A DNA stretch of 63,362 nucleotides, the filler included, from Reclinomonas americana ATCC 50394 (lineage: Eukaryota), in NCBI GenBank assembly GCA_048213135.1. It is 6 parts of 3 records of this genome, joined end to end, with 100 filler letters (N's around TTAATTAATTAA, not from the genome) between each part and the next. Parts side by side here need not be neighbours in the genome. Positions count along the whole stretch, not along the records: positions 1 to 18,181 come from PS015716.1; 5 more parts are not named here. The stretch is one strand, 5' to 3'. The position numbers and the translations under genes are program-made. Positions 1 to 11,923 of this stretch are shown here, piece by piece; the first letter of the stretch is position 1, and the number at the start of each line of letters is the position of its first letter. The notes beneath the pieces are model-generated. The model had not been told where the DNA came from, made no database searches, and saw only the letters and a list, made by a program, of their open reading frames with translations.

Positions 1-3000
1 GTGTGTGTGAATGTGTGCACTCTCGCCGTCTCTTCACGCCATGCTCAACTATTCCTGCTGCCGATTGCAGTGCATCGCGTCGACGATCCGCAGTACAGCG
101 TCCGTTTGTGCAGGGCACTGGGCGCGGTGCATTCCAGCGCACATCCCGTGGTGAGTGTGTGAGACCATGTGCGTGGGATCGAGGCCGTGAACAAACACCT
201 GCATCTGCACAGGTACTCACCGACATGGTGTGCATCCCGACGCACGCTTGTCTCGCTGTGTGGGTGCGCTGGGCCATCGACACCGGCAATCTCTCACGAC
301 TTGCCGACCACATGGTGTCGGGATTGGAGTGGCCACGGCGTCGTGTGGTTTCTGCTGGTCAGTGTTTGTCTCTCTCTCGCCTGCTATGAGGACAGTGACT
401 GACACGACTCGCAATGCTTGCAGCACTGGCGATTATGTGCTCGGAGACGGCACGACAGTGGCGTGCGCATCGTGAGCGGCGACTGACAGCACTGCGCGAT
501 GTTGGAGTGCTGCTGGCATCTCGGTGCGTGTTTGTGTGGCCAGTCACTCTTGTTCGTCTGTTGATGTTGTGCTGGCTCACTTGTCCATCTCTCAGCATGT
601 CGTCGCCTGCTTCATGGAGCGCCATGCTGCAGTGCGTGCTGTGCGCGCTGGCGCAAGGCGATGATGAACAGGGACGACGCGTGGCGGCTGGATGGCGAGC
701 GACGCATCCACGCGTCGTCTCTCGATATCCGGCCATGCAACACGTGCTCGATGGTCTCTCTCGTCGCGCCGACATGCCGGCGTTGCGTGGACACGCACGA
801 CTAGGTCCATTTCGTTCCGACGAGGAGCACCCGGTGCGCTCCACTGCCGAGGCGCAATCCACTCGACGCCTCTTCTTGTCGAAGCAGCAGTCTGGTGTGT
901 GTGTGAATCGCCCTCGTGCACGTGTGGATTGTTTGTGGCTCATTTGCATGCAGATGTTTCCGGCCTGTTGCTCTCTGGTCGCGATCCAATGCTGCTGGCC
1001 ACCGCTTATGCACTCATGCGCACCAGAGCCCCAACCGTCACCGATGAACGGTGGATGCGTGACACGCGGGCACTGATGTCGCCGCATGAGTGGCTGCTGA
1101 AAACGCCAGAGAGCGCTGTCGATGAGTTCACAAAAGTTGTGTGTCCATAGTGTTTCGTCAACGACGACATTTTAACTCACGTGGGGACAGTTGCTGATCG
1201 AGGCGGGCAAAGCGCTACTCCCTACCGAACTCGAGCCGTGGAGTGTGCCACCCCCCATGTTTGGTGAGATAGTGTGTGGTGGTTCTTCATGCACAAGCCT
1301 CTCTCTGTGACTCACTCCACTTCGTGACCAGATCTCGCCTCTGCGATTCAAGCACCGGTGCTGCGGCGTCCGAACATGCAGGAAACAGGAACAGCCGACA
1401 GCTTTCTCAGTCACCTCCATGTTGCGTGACGTGCGCTTCCTGCTGCTGTTCCATTTGACTGACGTGTCTCTATGTGTTCAGTGGGTGTCAACAAGTCGAC
1501 TGGCGAGTCAGCTGCCGATACTGATGGCAGAAGAGCTGCACGAGTGGCAGGCCTATCGACAGAGTCGCCAGTGGCTGCTTCGTCCGAGCGCGTTCTTGTG
1601 GGCCGCAGTCGATGCTGCCGGAATCCGCTTTCGTGGAGGTGTGTGTGTGTGTCGTCGGAAGCAGCGAGATGTGACGCGAATGCGGAAACTTACGCACGAG
1701 TGTGCTTGCAGAGGTACTGTTCGAGGACGCTGTCGCGGCAGCGTCACAGCTGGAGCCTGCAGATGCACAGCGCGCTCGCGATTCGTTTACGGCCCACGTG
1801 GGAGAGACCGTGGCCGCTGTTGTAACGTACATGCATCATCCTCCCGACGCGTACACCGACGCACTGTTGTCCGAGATGTTGTTACAGGCATGCCGATTGC
1901 TGTGTGCTTTCACTCCCAACAATCTCCAATGCCTCGGTGGATCTCACCCTGCGCGATGCAGACGGGTGTGGTGCCGTTTTCGCTGGATGAATTGCTCCTG
2001 CAACGAGCCGCACGTTTGCAACGGATAATCGATGTCCACCTGCAGGTCCGACGTACATTGTTGCAGCAGTTATGCCACACTTTCTCTGCGTTTCAATATT
2101 TCGAGAGACTGACGCCTTCGGTTTTAGGTGGGTGGCCGACGATGTCGTCTGTGTGTGGCAATTGCCCGGAAGCACGCTCGCCACGCATGTGTCGCGCATG
2201 CTCCACACTGGTGTGTGTGTGCGCGTGTATGATGCCCTGTTCCGCGAATCTCTCTTTTCTCATGTTGGCGCGGTGCGGAATAGTGACGGATGCAACGATG
2301 CGGGAGTCTCTTGTCGAAGACTGGCGTTCGGCACTCCACGTCGCACAGCCGCTGCTGTGCCATGCGCGCTCCGCATTTGTTGAACCGCTTCGATCGTCGC
2401 CGCAGTTGCTGCTGCAAGGGTACGTTGGAGTTTGGATTCACCGCGCGAAGGTCTGACTCGCAAACTCATCGCCGAGCAGCACACTTGTACGCGTGCTGTC
2501 GGCCAAGTCTACGGCAATGGCTCGAATGGATCTGAGTGCGCTGCGATTTCCTGGATCGGCACTCGCTGAGCTGCGACGCAGTGGCGACATGCAAGATGAC
2601 GGTTTGTGTGCGGATGCATGTTGCCGTTCTTTTCCCCACTTCGCGTACTCACCGTCGCGCGGATGGCAGAGGTGTGTGAGTTTGTGGAACACTGGAGCTC
2701 GTGCGTGCAGTTGGCGATGGATGCCGTGGCCATTTTCCACCATCGATCGACCAAGACCTCTCGTCGGCACTGTGCATCTGTGGCGTGGGCAGGCGACTCA
2801 CTGCTGCAATTTGCACGCGAATGTGGTCGCAGTCACGGTTCGTTGCACTGATAGACAGTCACCACACAAGTTACATCGCACTGATACCTACATGGGTGCA
2901 CAGCAACGCTCAGCGGTCTGCGTCGAGTGGTGTGGCCAGAGAGCGACACGGAATCGTGGGTCTCCGACCTGTGGGCCACCATGTACAGTGTGTTGTACAA

Positions 3001-3372
3001 GCGACGATCCGTGGAGTGGCCGGCTCTAGTGCAAAAGGTGCGCATGGTTCTTCGTCCCAAACCTGTGTGCGTGTGTGTGCTGAACAATGTGACGCGCGCA
3101 GGAGCTGCTGTCGATTCTCGGTCTGGCCGAATTCTGGGGCATGGAGGAGACTGGCGAAGCAAATGTCAGCGAAGCCCGGCTTCCTCTCGTGGATTCAATT
3201 GTCGACGCAGTCATGGACGCTCTTCCGGGATATCGTCGATTGCACGAGATTGCAGGCGAGGCAGCGTACATGGCTCGGCAGCCACCATGAAACGCAACAA
3301 GAGGGAGAGTTACAAAAATTGAGTTCATTCGTGCAGGCAACGAAGCAGGGTACACACACAGAGAGAGAGTGA
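1..3372 (+). CDS. Large multi-exon protein of unknown function, 5'-truncated at the window edge
   Basis: Successive coding-like segments (EVLFEDAVAAASQLEPADAQ, VPFSLDELLLQRAARLQRII, WIQLSTQSWTLFRDIVD) are separated by ~60-80 nt introns. Stop near 3372. No recognisable domain. Confidence 0.5.
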
Positions 3373-3460
3373 GAGAGAGAGAGAGAGACAGAGAAATACA
3401 TAGAAAAAGGGGACGAGTCGTCGCGGCGCTAGTGGCGTCACGATAGACAGACCGCCACAA

Positions 3461-6182
3461 TTAGGTGGCTGGTCTGGAGGGTGCCGCTGCACACAGGGCC
3501 AGCATCTCACGCACGGCCGCTACCCACTTGTCTCGGTCCTCGGTGCTGGAGGCCAGAACATACACGGAATCCTTGGCTCCGTGTCCGTGTATCGTCACAC
3601 CCAGCGTGCGACCAGCATCACCGTGATCCTTGCCTGACGTATCCGAAATGCCGTCCTCCGTGTCACGCACCACCACTGCATCGCGAAGTCAGCAACGATG
3701 GGGACAGGGGGGAGTNNNNNNNNNNNNNNNNNNNNNNNNNNNNNNNNNNNNNNNNNNNNNNNNNNNNNNNNNNNNNNNNNNNNNNNNNNNNNNNNNNNNN
3801 NNNNNNNNNNNNNNNNNNNNNNNNNNNNNNNNNNNNNNNNNNNNNNNNNNNNNNNNNNNNNNNNNNNNNNNNNNNNNNNNNNNNNNNNNNNNNNNNNNNN
3901 NNNNNNNNNNNNNNNNNNNNNNNNNNNNNNNNNNNNNNNNNNNNNNNNNNNNNNNNNNNNNNNNNNNNNNNNNNNNNNNNNNNNNNNNNNNNNNNNNNNN
4001 NNNNNNNNNNNNNNNNNNNNNNNNNNNNNNNNNNNNNNNNNNNNNNNNNNNNNNNNNNNNNNNNNNNNNNNNNNNNNNNNNNNNNNNNNNNNNNNNNNNN
4101 NNNNNNNNNNNNNNNNNNNNNNNNNNNNNNNNNNNNNNNNNNNNNNNNNNNNNNNNNNNNNNNNNNNNNNNNNNNNNNNNNNNNNNNNNNNNNNNNNNNN
4201 NNNNNNNNNNNNNNNNNNNNNNNNNNNNNNNNNNNNNNNNNNNNNNNNNNNNNNNNNNNNNNNNNNNNNNNNNNNNNNNNNNNNNNNNNNNNNNNNNNNN
4301 NNNNNNNNNNNNNNNNNNNNNNNNNNNNNNNNNNNNNNNNNNNNNNNNNNNNNNNNNNNNNNNGCCAAGAGAGCGGAGGGAGGGAGGAAAGGCAAAGAAC
4401 GAGACAGGAAAGAGGGCGGAGAGAAAGAGAAAAAGGCCAAGAGAGAGAGAGAGAAAGAACAAGACAGAAAGAGAGTGGAGGGAGGGAGAAAACGGCAAAG
4501 ACAGAGGCAGGAAAGAAAGCGGAGGGAGGGAGAAAATGCCAAGAGAGAGAGAGAGAGGGAGAGAAAGAGAGCAGAGGGAGGGAGAAAGGCAAAGAAAGAG
4601 AGAGGAGAGAGAGAGAGAGAAAGAAAGAGCTGGGGAAGAGAGCGAGAAAGAGACACACCTCGTGAAAAGGAACTTGAGCTGCGACGAGAACGCCATTGGA
4701 CGGAGCACTCGGAAACGCATAGTGTGAAGTAGCGACCGTGTGGTGCACCGCGGCCGTCCTTGGTAAACTTCTTCAACACCGCTCCCTTTTCGCAGGCTTT
4801 GAGAGCCTGCACACGCACACACACAGTCGGTGAGCATAAAGAGAACCTCTCGTGCCCCACGATAAGCAAACCTCGCTCTTGGCGCTCTNNNNNNNNNNNN
4901 NNNNNNNNNNNNNNNNNNNNNNNNNNNNNNNNNNNNNNNNNNNNNNNNNNNNNNNNNNNNNNNNNNNNNNNNNNNNNNNNNNNNNNNNNNNNNNNNNNNN
5001 NNNNNNNNNNNNNNNNNNNNNNNNNNNNNNNNNNNNNNNNNNNNNNNNNNNNNNNNNNNNNNNNNNNNNNNNNNNNNNNNNNNNNNNNNNNNNNNNNNNN
5101 NNNNNNNNNNNNNNNNNNNNNNNNNNNNNNNNNNNNNNNNNNNNNNNNNNNNNNNNNNNNNNNNNNNNNNNNNNNNNNNNNNNNNNNNNNNNNNNNNNNN
5201 NNNNNNNNNNNNNNNNNNNNNNNNNNNNNNNNNNNNNNNNNNNNNNNNNNNNNNNNNNNNNNNNNNNNNNNNNNNNNNNNNNNNNNNNNNNNNNNNNNNN
5301 NNNNNNNNNNNNNNNNNNNNNNNNNNNNNNNNNNNNNNNNNNNNNNNNNNNNNNNNNNNNNNNNNNNNNNNNNNNNNNNNNNNNNNNNNNNNNNNNNNNN
5401 NNNNNNNNNNNNNNNNNNNNNNNNNNNNNNNNNNNNNNNNNNNNNNNNNNNNNNNNNNNNNNNNNNNNNNNNNNNNNNNNNNNNNNNNNNNNNNNNNNNN
5501 NNNNNNNNNNNNNNNNNNNNNNNNNNNNNNNNNNNNNNNNNNNNNNNNNNNNNNNNNNNNNNNNNNNNNNNNNNNNNNNNNNNNNNNNNNNNNNNNNNNN
5601 NNNNNNNNNNNNNNNNNNNNNNNNNNNNNNNNNNNNNNNNNNNNNNNNNNNNNNNNNNNNNNNNNNNNNNNNNNNNNNNNNNNNNNNNNNNNNNNNNNNN
5701 NNNNNNNNNNNNNNNNNNNNNNNNNNNNNNNNNNNGGTTCTTGCTCGCCGCCAGCAGCGCCGTCGGCGACAGCACCGGCTTCAGCACCGTCGGAGGAGGT
5801 GCCGCACCGAAATCCGACGGTGGCGAGTACACCACAGCGCTCTCCGGCTCCTCCTGCTCCCGCCACGATCACGATCGTCTCTCGTCAAAGACAGAGACTA
5901 TCTCTCACTCACCGACACATAATCCGGCGGAAATCGGCCTGCGCGACTGCCAAAGGCTGCGCCGCGCGGTCCCCGCGTCTTCATCTCCTTGGGACCGAGA
6001 CGCACGAGCACTGGGCGATGGCGATGCCGAGGCGAGCGCGCCGCAGTCGCTGCTCCAGCCGGCGATTGCGGAGACGCTGGCTGCTGCTTCTTCTGCTTCT
6101 CACCCGCACCAGCAGCAGCAGCAGCACCAGCCGACGGTGATCGCGACGACGAGGCCGGTGGCGACTGCACCTTGCTCGACAT
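3461..6182 (-). CDS. PH-domain protein, interrupted by two assembly gaps
   Basis: N-terminal half of a PH domain (KGAVLKKFTKDGRGAPHGRYFTL...VQWRS) at 4660-4810. C-terminal PH helix (VLASSTEDRDKWVAAVREML) at 3461-3600. Low-complexity N-terminus starts MSSKVQSPP. Confidence 0.7.
4364..4655. repeat. GA-rich low-complexity intronic repeat
   Basis: Repeated gagagcggagggagggagaaa-like units and (GA)n tracts next to a gap. Confidence 0.8.
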
Positions 6183-6448
6183 GACTGTGCGTGGGGGAGA
6201 GAGGGAGGAGAGTGTGTGAATGTCGCGCGTTTAGAAACCGACGCCCACGCGCACTCGCACATTCTCTGCTTCAAGGCACAAACGCACAACGCTCACTCGC
6301 ACCCCACTGACACAGAGACGGCAGGAGAAGAGAGACACGCGCAAACCTGACTGTGATTAGATCGATATTTCGGGGTTACCAAAGCGCAATTCCGTCCCTC
6401 GCAGCATACGGTGACCCGTTCATTGTTTTGTTTTTGGTGAAGAGAAAA

Positions 6449-7747
6449 ATGCTGCGTCGATTGTTGCATGCACCGGCAAGTGAGTCGTATCAGCGACAAG
6501 GCCGCGAGAAGGCACTGCATGAGCTGTCCGCGCTCAGTCGCAGCCCGGGACTGAGCACCGCCGAGCGTGCAAAGTACAGAGTTGCGTGCTTGTGGCACGT
6601 GCCCGCTGCTCACTCACCTCTCACTCTTTCTTGCTGCTCAACAGACGCACGTGGAGGAGCTGAAGACCATGTGGAAGGAGAACATTAGCTGCACCACGCG
6701 AGTGTTCCTGCTGGCGCCGCTCGTGCTGTCGCTGTTGGTGTTGGCGGTGTATGTGGCGCAACACAAGGTGGTGGCGCAAGAGGCACCGCTGCTGACTGCG
6801 CGCGAGGGCATGTGTGCCTCGTTGCCGTGGAGCTTCCTGCTCGCCGCGCTCTTGACCCTCGCCGTGCCCGTGCTCGCTGGCGCTCCACTCGGTACGTCAC
6901 GCACTGCTCTCTCTCTCACTTTCCCGCACTCCTCTATTCTCATGGCATTGCTGCAGCGTGGTTGCACCTGGCCAACTTTGTCGGCGGTCTGCTCAACACG
7001 GTGGCGGCGTCGTGCATTGGCGGCGTCGGTGTGCTGTGCTACGCCGGTCCGCTGCTGGCCGCACTCGCCGGCGGTCTCTACGGCAGCTCGCACTCGCTCT
7101 ACGACGAGTCGTACCTGACGACGGCGTTCAGCACTGGCTCGCTGACCGGCGCCATCCTGTCGGCGGTGGTGTTCCCGCAGTTTGGCTCGTTTGCCGAGCT
7201 GCTCACCGATCTCACCGGCACCAAGTTCTACATTAGCAACGCCTACGCTGCGTGGGAGTCGTACCCGGTCCCGGTGGCGCTGGCTGGCGCGCTGGTGGCC
7301 TCGGTGCTCATTATCTCCATTGCTGGCTCGTTCCGCTCGCTGGTGCCCGAGTTTATCGTGTCGCTGGCGTTTGTGTCGCTGCTGGCCTCGGTGCTGCTCA
7401 TTGGTCCGGCGCTGTTCTTCACCGACGCCCTGTCGCCGTGGACTCTGTCGCAATCGCTCGCTCGCCTGGCGCTGGTACCAGTGGCTAGGTTTGTTGCTCC
7501 TCCGTGTCTCTAGAACAAGGGCTTCTGATCTAACTGTGTGTATTATACATGCAGCTACGTAATCGAGGCTGTGCTGCGCTCGCTGCTCGCCCGCGACGCT
7601 CTGCGACGCAGTGTGGTGGCCTCGGCACTGCTGCTGTCGCTGGCTGGAGCGCTGGCGGTCCTCGCGTACCGCGTGTCGCCTGCCGTCGCCAGCAACGCCT
7701 GCGCAGCGTACCACCACCTGGTGTCGTTCCTCACCCGCTCCCAATAA
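6449..7747 (+). CDS. Multi-pass membrane protein of unknown family
   Basis: Spliced ORF with many hydrophobic stretches (VFLLAPLVLSLLVLAVYVA, VPVALAGALVASVLIISIAG, FIVSLAFVSLLASVLLIG). Ends FLTRSQ*. Confidence 0.65.
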
Positions 7748-7954
7748 TCCCGGAGTGCCGTCGCCCTGCATATTTTCTCTCTCCATGCATTTTTGTTGTT
7801 GTTTTCGCTTTACTGCCGACTCATTTTTTTACTTTCTCCTTTAAACTGGTAGTCATGAGTGTCCTTTTTTCCGCCTCCTTTTATGATTTGTATCAAAGTA
7901 GAGACAGAAAGAGATCCAGAGAGAGACACAGTGTACGATTTGATTTGTTCATCA

Positions 7955-10263
7955 TCACTTGCCAGTGACGGTGATCTCGGCCAGTGGCTCCAGATACTGT
8001 GCCGCCACGTCGGCCGGCACCGGCGACGACAGCAGTGCGTCGGCCGCCAAAAATGCACTGCCGAATGCGCACGGCGAGGTCGGTCTGAAGAGCGCCACGC
8101 TGAAGGGTGCCAGGTGTGCCAGTTGTTCGTTGAGGACCGTAGCCAGGCCGCTCTCCAGCAGCTGGAAGCTGCGCCACACTGAGCCGACGCAGGCGACCGA
8201 GACGCGGAGGGTGGGGAATTGGGTCTGCGAGGGGGGCGAGAGGAGAAGGGAGGATGTGAGGGAGCGAGACAGGATGCAAAAGAAAGGCTGAAGCGACAGG
8301 ATGGAAGATCGAGAACGGGATGCAGAGAAATGTGAAGGAAGGCAGACGGTATGTCAACAGGACAGATGCTCAAGGAGTGGAAGATTGAGAACGGCAATGA
8401 AGCAACAGAGATGTAACAAGCAGACGGGAAGCGAGACACGGATGCAGAAAAGAGGATGGTTGTAGACTGAAGGAAAAATCAAGAAAGGGATGCAGGGTGC
8501 GATATTCGAAGGATGCGAAGAGGCAGGCCGGGAAGCGAGACAGGTCTGTGCTCACGTGGATGGGAGATCGAGAGCAGGACGCAGGTAACTGTGAGGCAAG
8601 AGAGATGTGAAGAAAGGCAGACGGGAAGCGACATGGTATGAAAGATCTAGAACGGTCGTGAGGCAAGAGAGATGAGACAAGCGTGAAGTGACTCGAAGAG
8701 GATGCATGTGGTCACTTGGATAGTCAAGGGTCAAGGGATGCGGGAGTTGAGTGGAAGACGGATGTGAAGAGGGGCGGACGGGCAGTGAGAAGAGGATGGT
8801 CACGCACATGGACGGGAGAGTCGACAAAGAGATGCAGAAAATTTGTGAGATTAAAATGAGGCGACGAGAGGTGGATGAAAAGCGAGACAGGCTGCAGAAA
8901 AGAGAATGGACGATCGACAAGGGGACGCAGAGAGTCGCGAGACAAGAGAGATGATTGTGCTCATGATGGAAGGAGAAAAAGGGATGCAGGGAGATGTGAG
9001 GTCAGAAGACTGTGAATAGAGAGGCTGAAGCGACATGATGCAAGGTCGACAAAGGAAAACCAAGGATCTTGAAGAAGACGGATGCAAAGAGAGCGAGTTG
9101 AGATGCAGGAAAAGGATGGACGTGAATGGAAAGTCCAGCAAGCGATGCAGTGAAGCGCGAGTGACGAGACAGTCAGATGTGATGACCACCGCGGTGGGAC
9201 AGGGAACGAATGGACAGAGCACGCACAACAGTGCGAGAGCAGACAACACGCAACACTCCAATCCTCGGCTTTGATGCGTCGCAGCAGGGAGACCAGCATG
9301 CGACCGAGTTGCCGACCGGTTCGCTCGAAAATCTCCACGGCCAGGTGATCACCGTGGAAGGCCTCTGCGTGTGCGGCGTGAGAGACGTGCCCTGCACGCC
9401 CACACAAACATACACACAAAAGCATACATACCCTCTGCAACACACTTGCAGAACGACGCAATGTGTGACTTGGTGAAGCTGCGGTACAGCGGATCCAACA
9501 TCTGCTCACGCTTCGCAATGCCAAAGTGCGCCAGCATGCGATCGTGCAGACGAGTGGCGTCGCAGTCGGCGGCGTGGTCCATGGAGCGGAAAATGCGCTT
9601 CAGTGCTCGACTGGCCACCGCGTACGCCGAGCCCTCGTCGCCAATCAAATGGCCCCAGCCGCCCGTGCGCTGCGTCTGGTCGCTCTCGCCCGCCAGCCGC
9701 ATCATGCCGATCGAGCCCGTGCCCGAGATGAGCACAATGCTGGCTCCGGCACCGGTGATGGGTGCCAGCATGGACAGCGGAGCAAAGGCGTCGTTGCGGA
9801 TGATGAACTGGGCGGCCACAGCCGGGTCCAGTGCGCGGATGGCGGACTCCAGGTGTGCTTTTTCCTCGTCGCGATCGATTCCGCTCAGGCACAGGCCCTG
9901 TGATGAGTGAGTGAGACTTGAAGGAAAAGAGATTGGGGGGAGAGAATGCATGCACCACTGCGGCCAGTGGTTGATCGGCGGGGACTCCACATTGCTCCTT
10001 GCATTGTCGCAGCAGCTGCACCATGACGTGTGCGCAGGCGTCGATGCCGACCAGGAACTGGTTCGAGGCCATGCCAGTGACGGGGGCGGAGAGCACGGGA
10101 GCGCCAGTGTGGGCGTCGATCACCACGGCGATTGTTTGGGTGGCGCCACTGAAGGTACGGAGAGTGAGGAGGGGCGGGGTGGGAAGGGAGAGGGAGAGAG
10201 AGAGACGTGGTGATAGTGCAGTTACCCCTCGATGCCTGCAACCAGAACCCGCTCGCTGCTCAT
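7955..10263 (-). CDS. NAGK: N-acetylglucosamine kinase-like protein (BadF/BadG/BcrA/BcrD ATPase family)
   Basis: Motifs VAGIEG|GATQT, GLCLSG, IIRNDA, IVLISGTGS, GGWGHLIGDEGSAY and VACVGSVWRSFQLL, joined by GT-AG introns. Confidence 0.85.
8230..9250. repeat. ~1 kb intron of the NAGK-like gene filled with degenerate purine-rich repeats
   Basis: Recurrent gggaagcgagaca, gaagcgaca and caagagagatg units. The flanking exons join in frame (EDWS|TQFPTL). Confidence 0.6.
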
Positions 10264-10403
10264 TTGCTGTGATATGACGGACGGATATGATTTTCCGTTG
10301 AGGACACAAGGAAGTTGCATGTTCGACTTCGCAGCAGAGGTTCAAAACAAAGAAGCAAGCCATTCATTAAACATGCACACGCATCAGGATCGACATTATT
10401 ATA

Positions 10404-11496
10404 TCACTGAGCATGGCGAGTTGCGGCTGGCTGCGCGCGGGCGATATGGGCTGCCAAAAACTGGTCCATGCCGCGGCAACGTATGAGCTGAGGCACCTCA
10501 AGCGCCTCCCGGCACCAGGGACATCTCGAGTCTTGGCGGTTCTGCAGAAGCTGGTGATCCAAGCTCCTCTGCGGAAGTGCACTGCTTAAGAACAAGGCGA
10601 GGCAGACATATGTCTGCAGGTGCAAGCGCACACTCACCGCAAAGCAGCTGCCGCAGGCCATCGCCGAGCAGTGCGGACACATGTGCGTCTCGCGCAAAAG
10701 GTTGGTACACACAGAACACGAGAAGTGCTCTCCGACAAGGTCGGCAGCCGGTGCAGCGGCGCCGGCATGATCATGAGCGCGGTGTCTCTTCGGCCCGGCA
10801 GGGGCGCCGGCAGCGTTGGGCGCAGCGCGCTGTGGAGCTTGTTGGGCCGCTGGCGCAGCGGGACGCTGCGGTGGCTGCGGTGGCTGCGGAGGTGCCGCCC
10901 GCTGAAGAGCTGGAGCTGGTGCCAGTGGCTCGTCCTCATCATCATCCATCCACTCACAAATGAAGTTCCCGAACGCATCAGTGTCGAGTTGTGTGTCAAA
11001 TGCGCGTCTCTTCGCCTGGTCCTTGTTGGTTGTGGTCGGTGCACTGTCACCTGGGTTGAAGGCGAGACGCACGCCCTCTTGTCGAAGCAGCTGGGCAAAG
11101 GCGACGAGGCCCTGCATGATCAAACGTCAGTACAATTGCAAGTGTGATCACACAGACAACTCCTCTCCACGGACAAACCGGTCGCATGTAGCAGCGATAG
11201 GAGAAAGAGTATGGTGCCGCGTCGGCAGGCTTCTCGCACATGTACACCGCCAAGCCTCGCAGCAGGTGGAAGAATGAATCGCGGTTGGCGGCAAACTCTC
11301 GGCGGCATGCAGCATTCGCACGGGCGGTGTCTCCGAGAGTGCAGGGCGCAATGCAACTGCAGCCCGTCTCCTTCAGCAGGGAGGTGAGGCACTCGACGGT
11401 GTACTTGCACTCGTCCGCGCCAGCGATGAACTCGCGGCCCCACTTGACGAGGACGTCGACGGCCTTGCGGGTGTTGCGTGAGTGGTGTTGGTCCAT
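10404..11496 (-). CDS. RING-finger protein with a C-terminal TRIM37-type RING
   Basis: FSCSVCTNLLRETHMCPHCSAMACGSCFA|RSL...SRCPWCREAL...LIRCR matches the spacing of the TRIM37-family RING (CxxC...CPHC...CxxC...CPxCR). Confidence 0.75.
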
Positions 11497-11923
11497 GGAG
11501 AGGAAGTGGAGGAGAGAGGAGGGAGGAGGGAAGAGGAGGGAAGAGGAGAGAAGAGAAGGGGAGGAGGGGGGAGGGAGAGAAGAGCCCGCGCTCGCAAGAG
11601 ACAGAGAAACGATGAATGAACGTTACTTGTCGTGTTGCAAGTTTTATGGCGCGGATTTGTGGCGGATTTGGCGGATTTTATGTTGCCGGATCTCGCCGGA
11701 TTTCGCGGGGCAGGTCACTGTTGCGTAACGCTCCGCACTCTCCTGGGTAGTGTACTTGTGGGCGTGTGTGTGCGAAAGAGAGGAGTCTGGGAGAGACATT
11801 GAGAAGTGATGCATCGTCGTGATCACATTGGTGCGTGGCTGTCAAATTTGTGTCGAGTGTCAGTCACTCATCGCACAGGCACGCACGCACACGCAGTGTA
11901 GCCCATCTCCGCGACGGACTCCG

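Noticed and set aside
3481..6184. Long ORFs containing X runs (also near 28.4-29.6 kb, 34.9-36.0 kb and 55.8-57.5 kb)
   Set aside because: They are artefacts of translating through N gaps and microsatellites.
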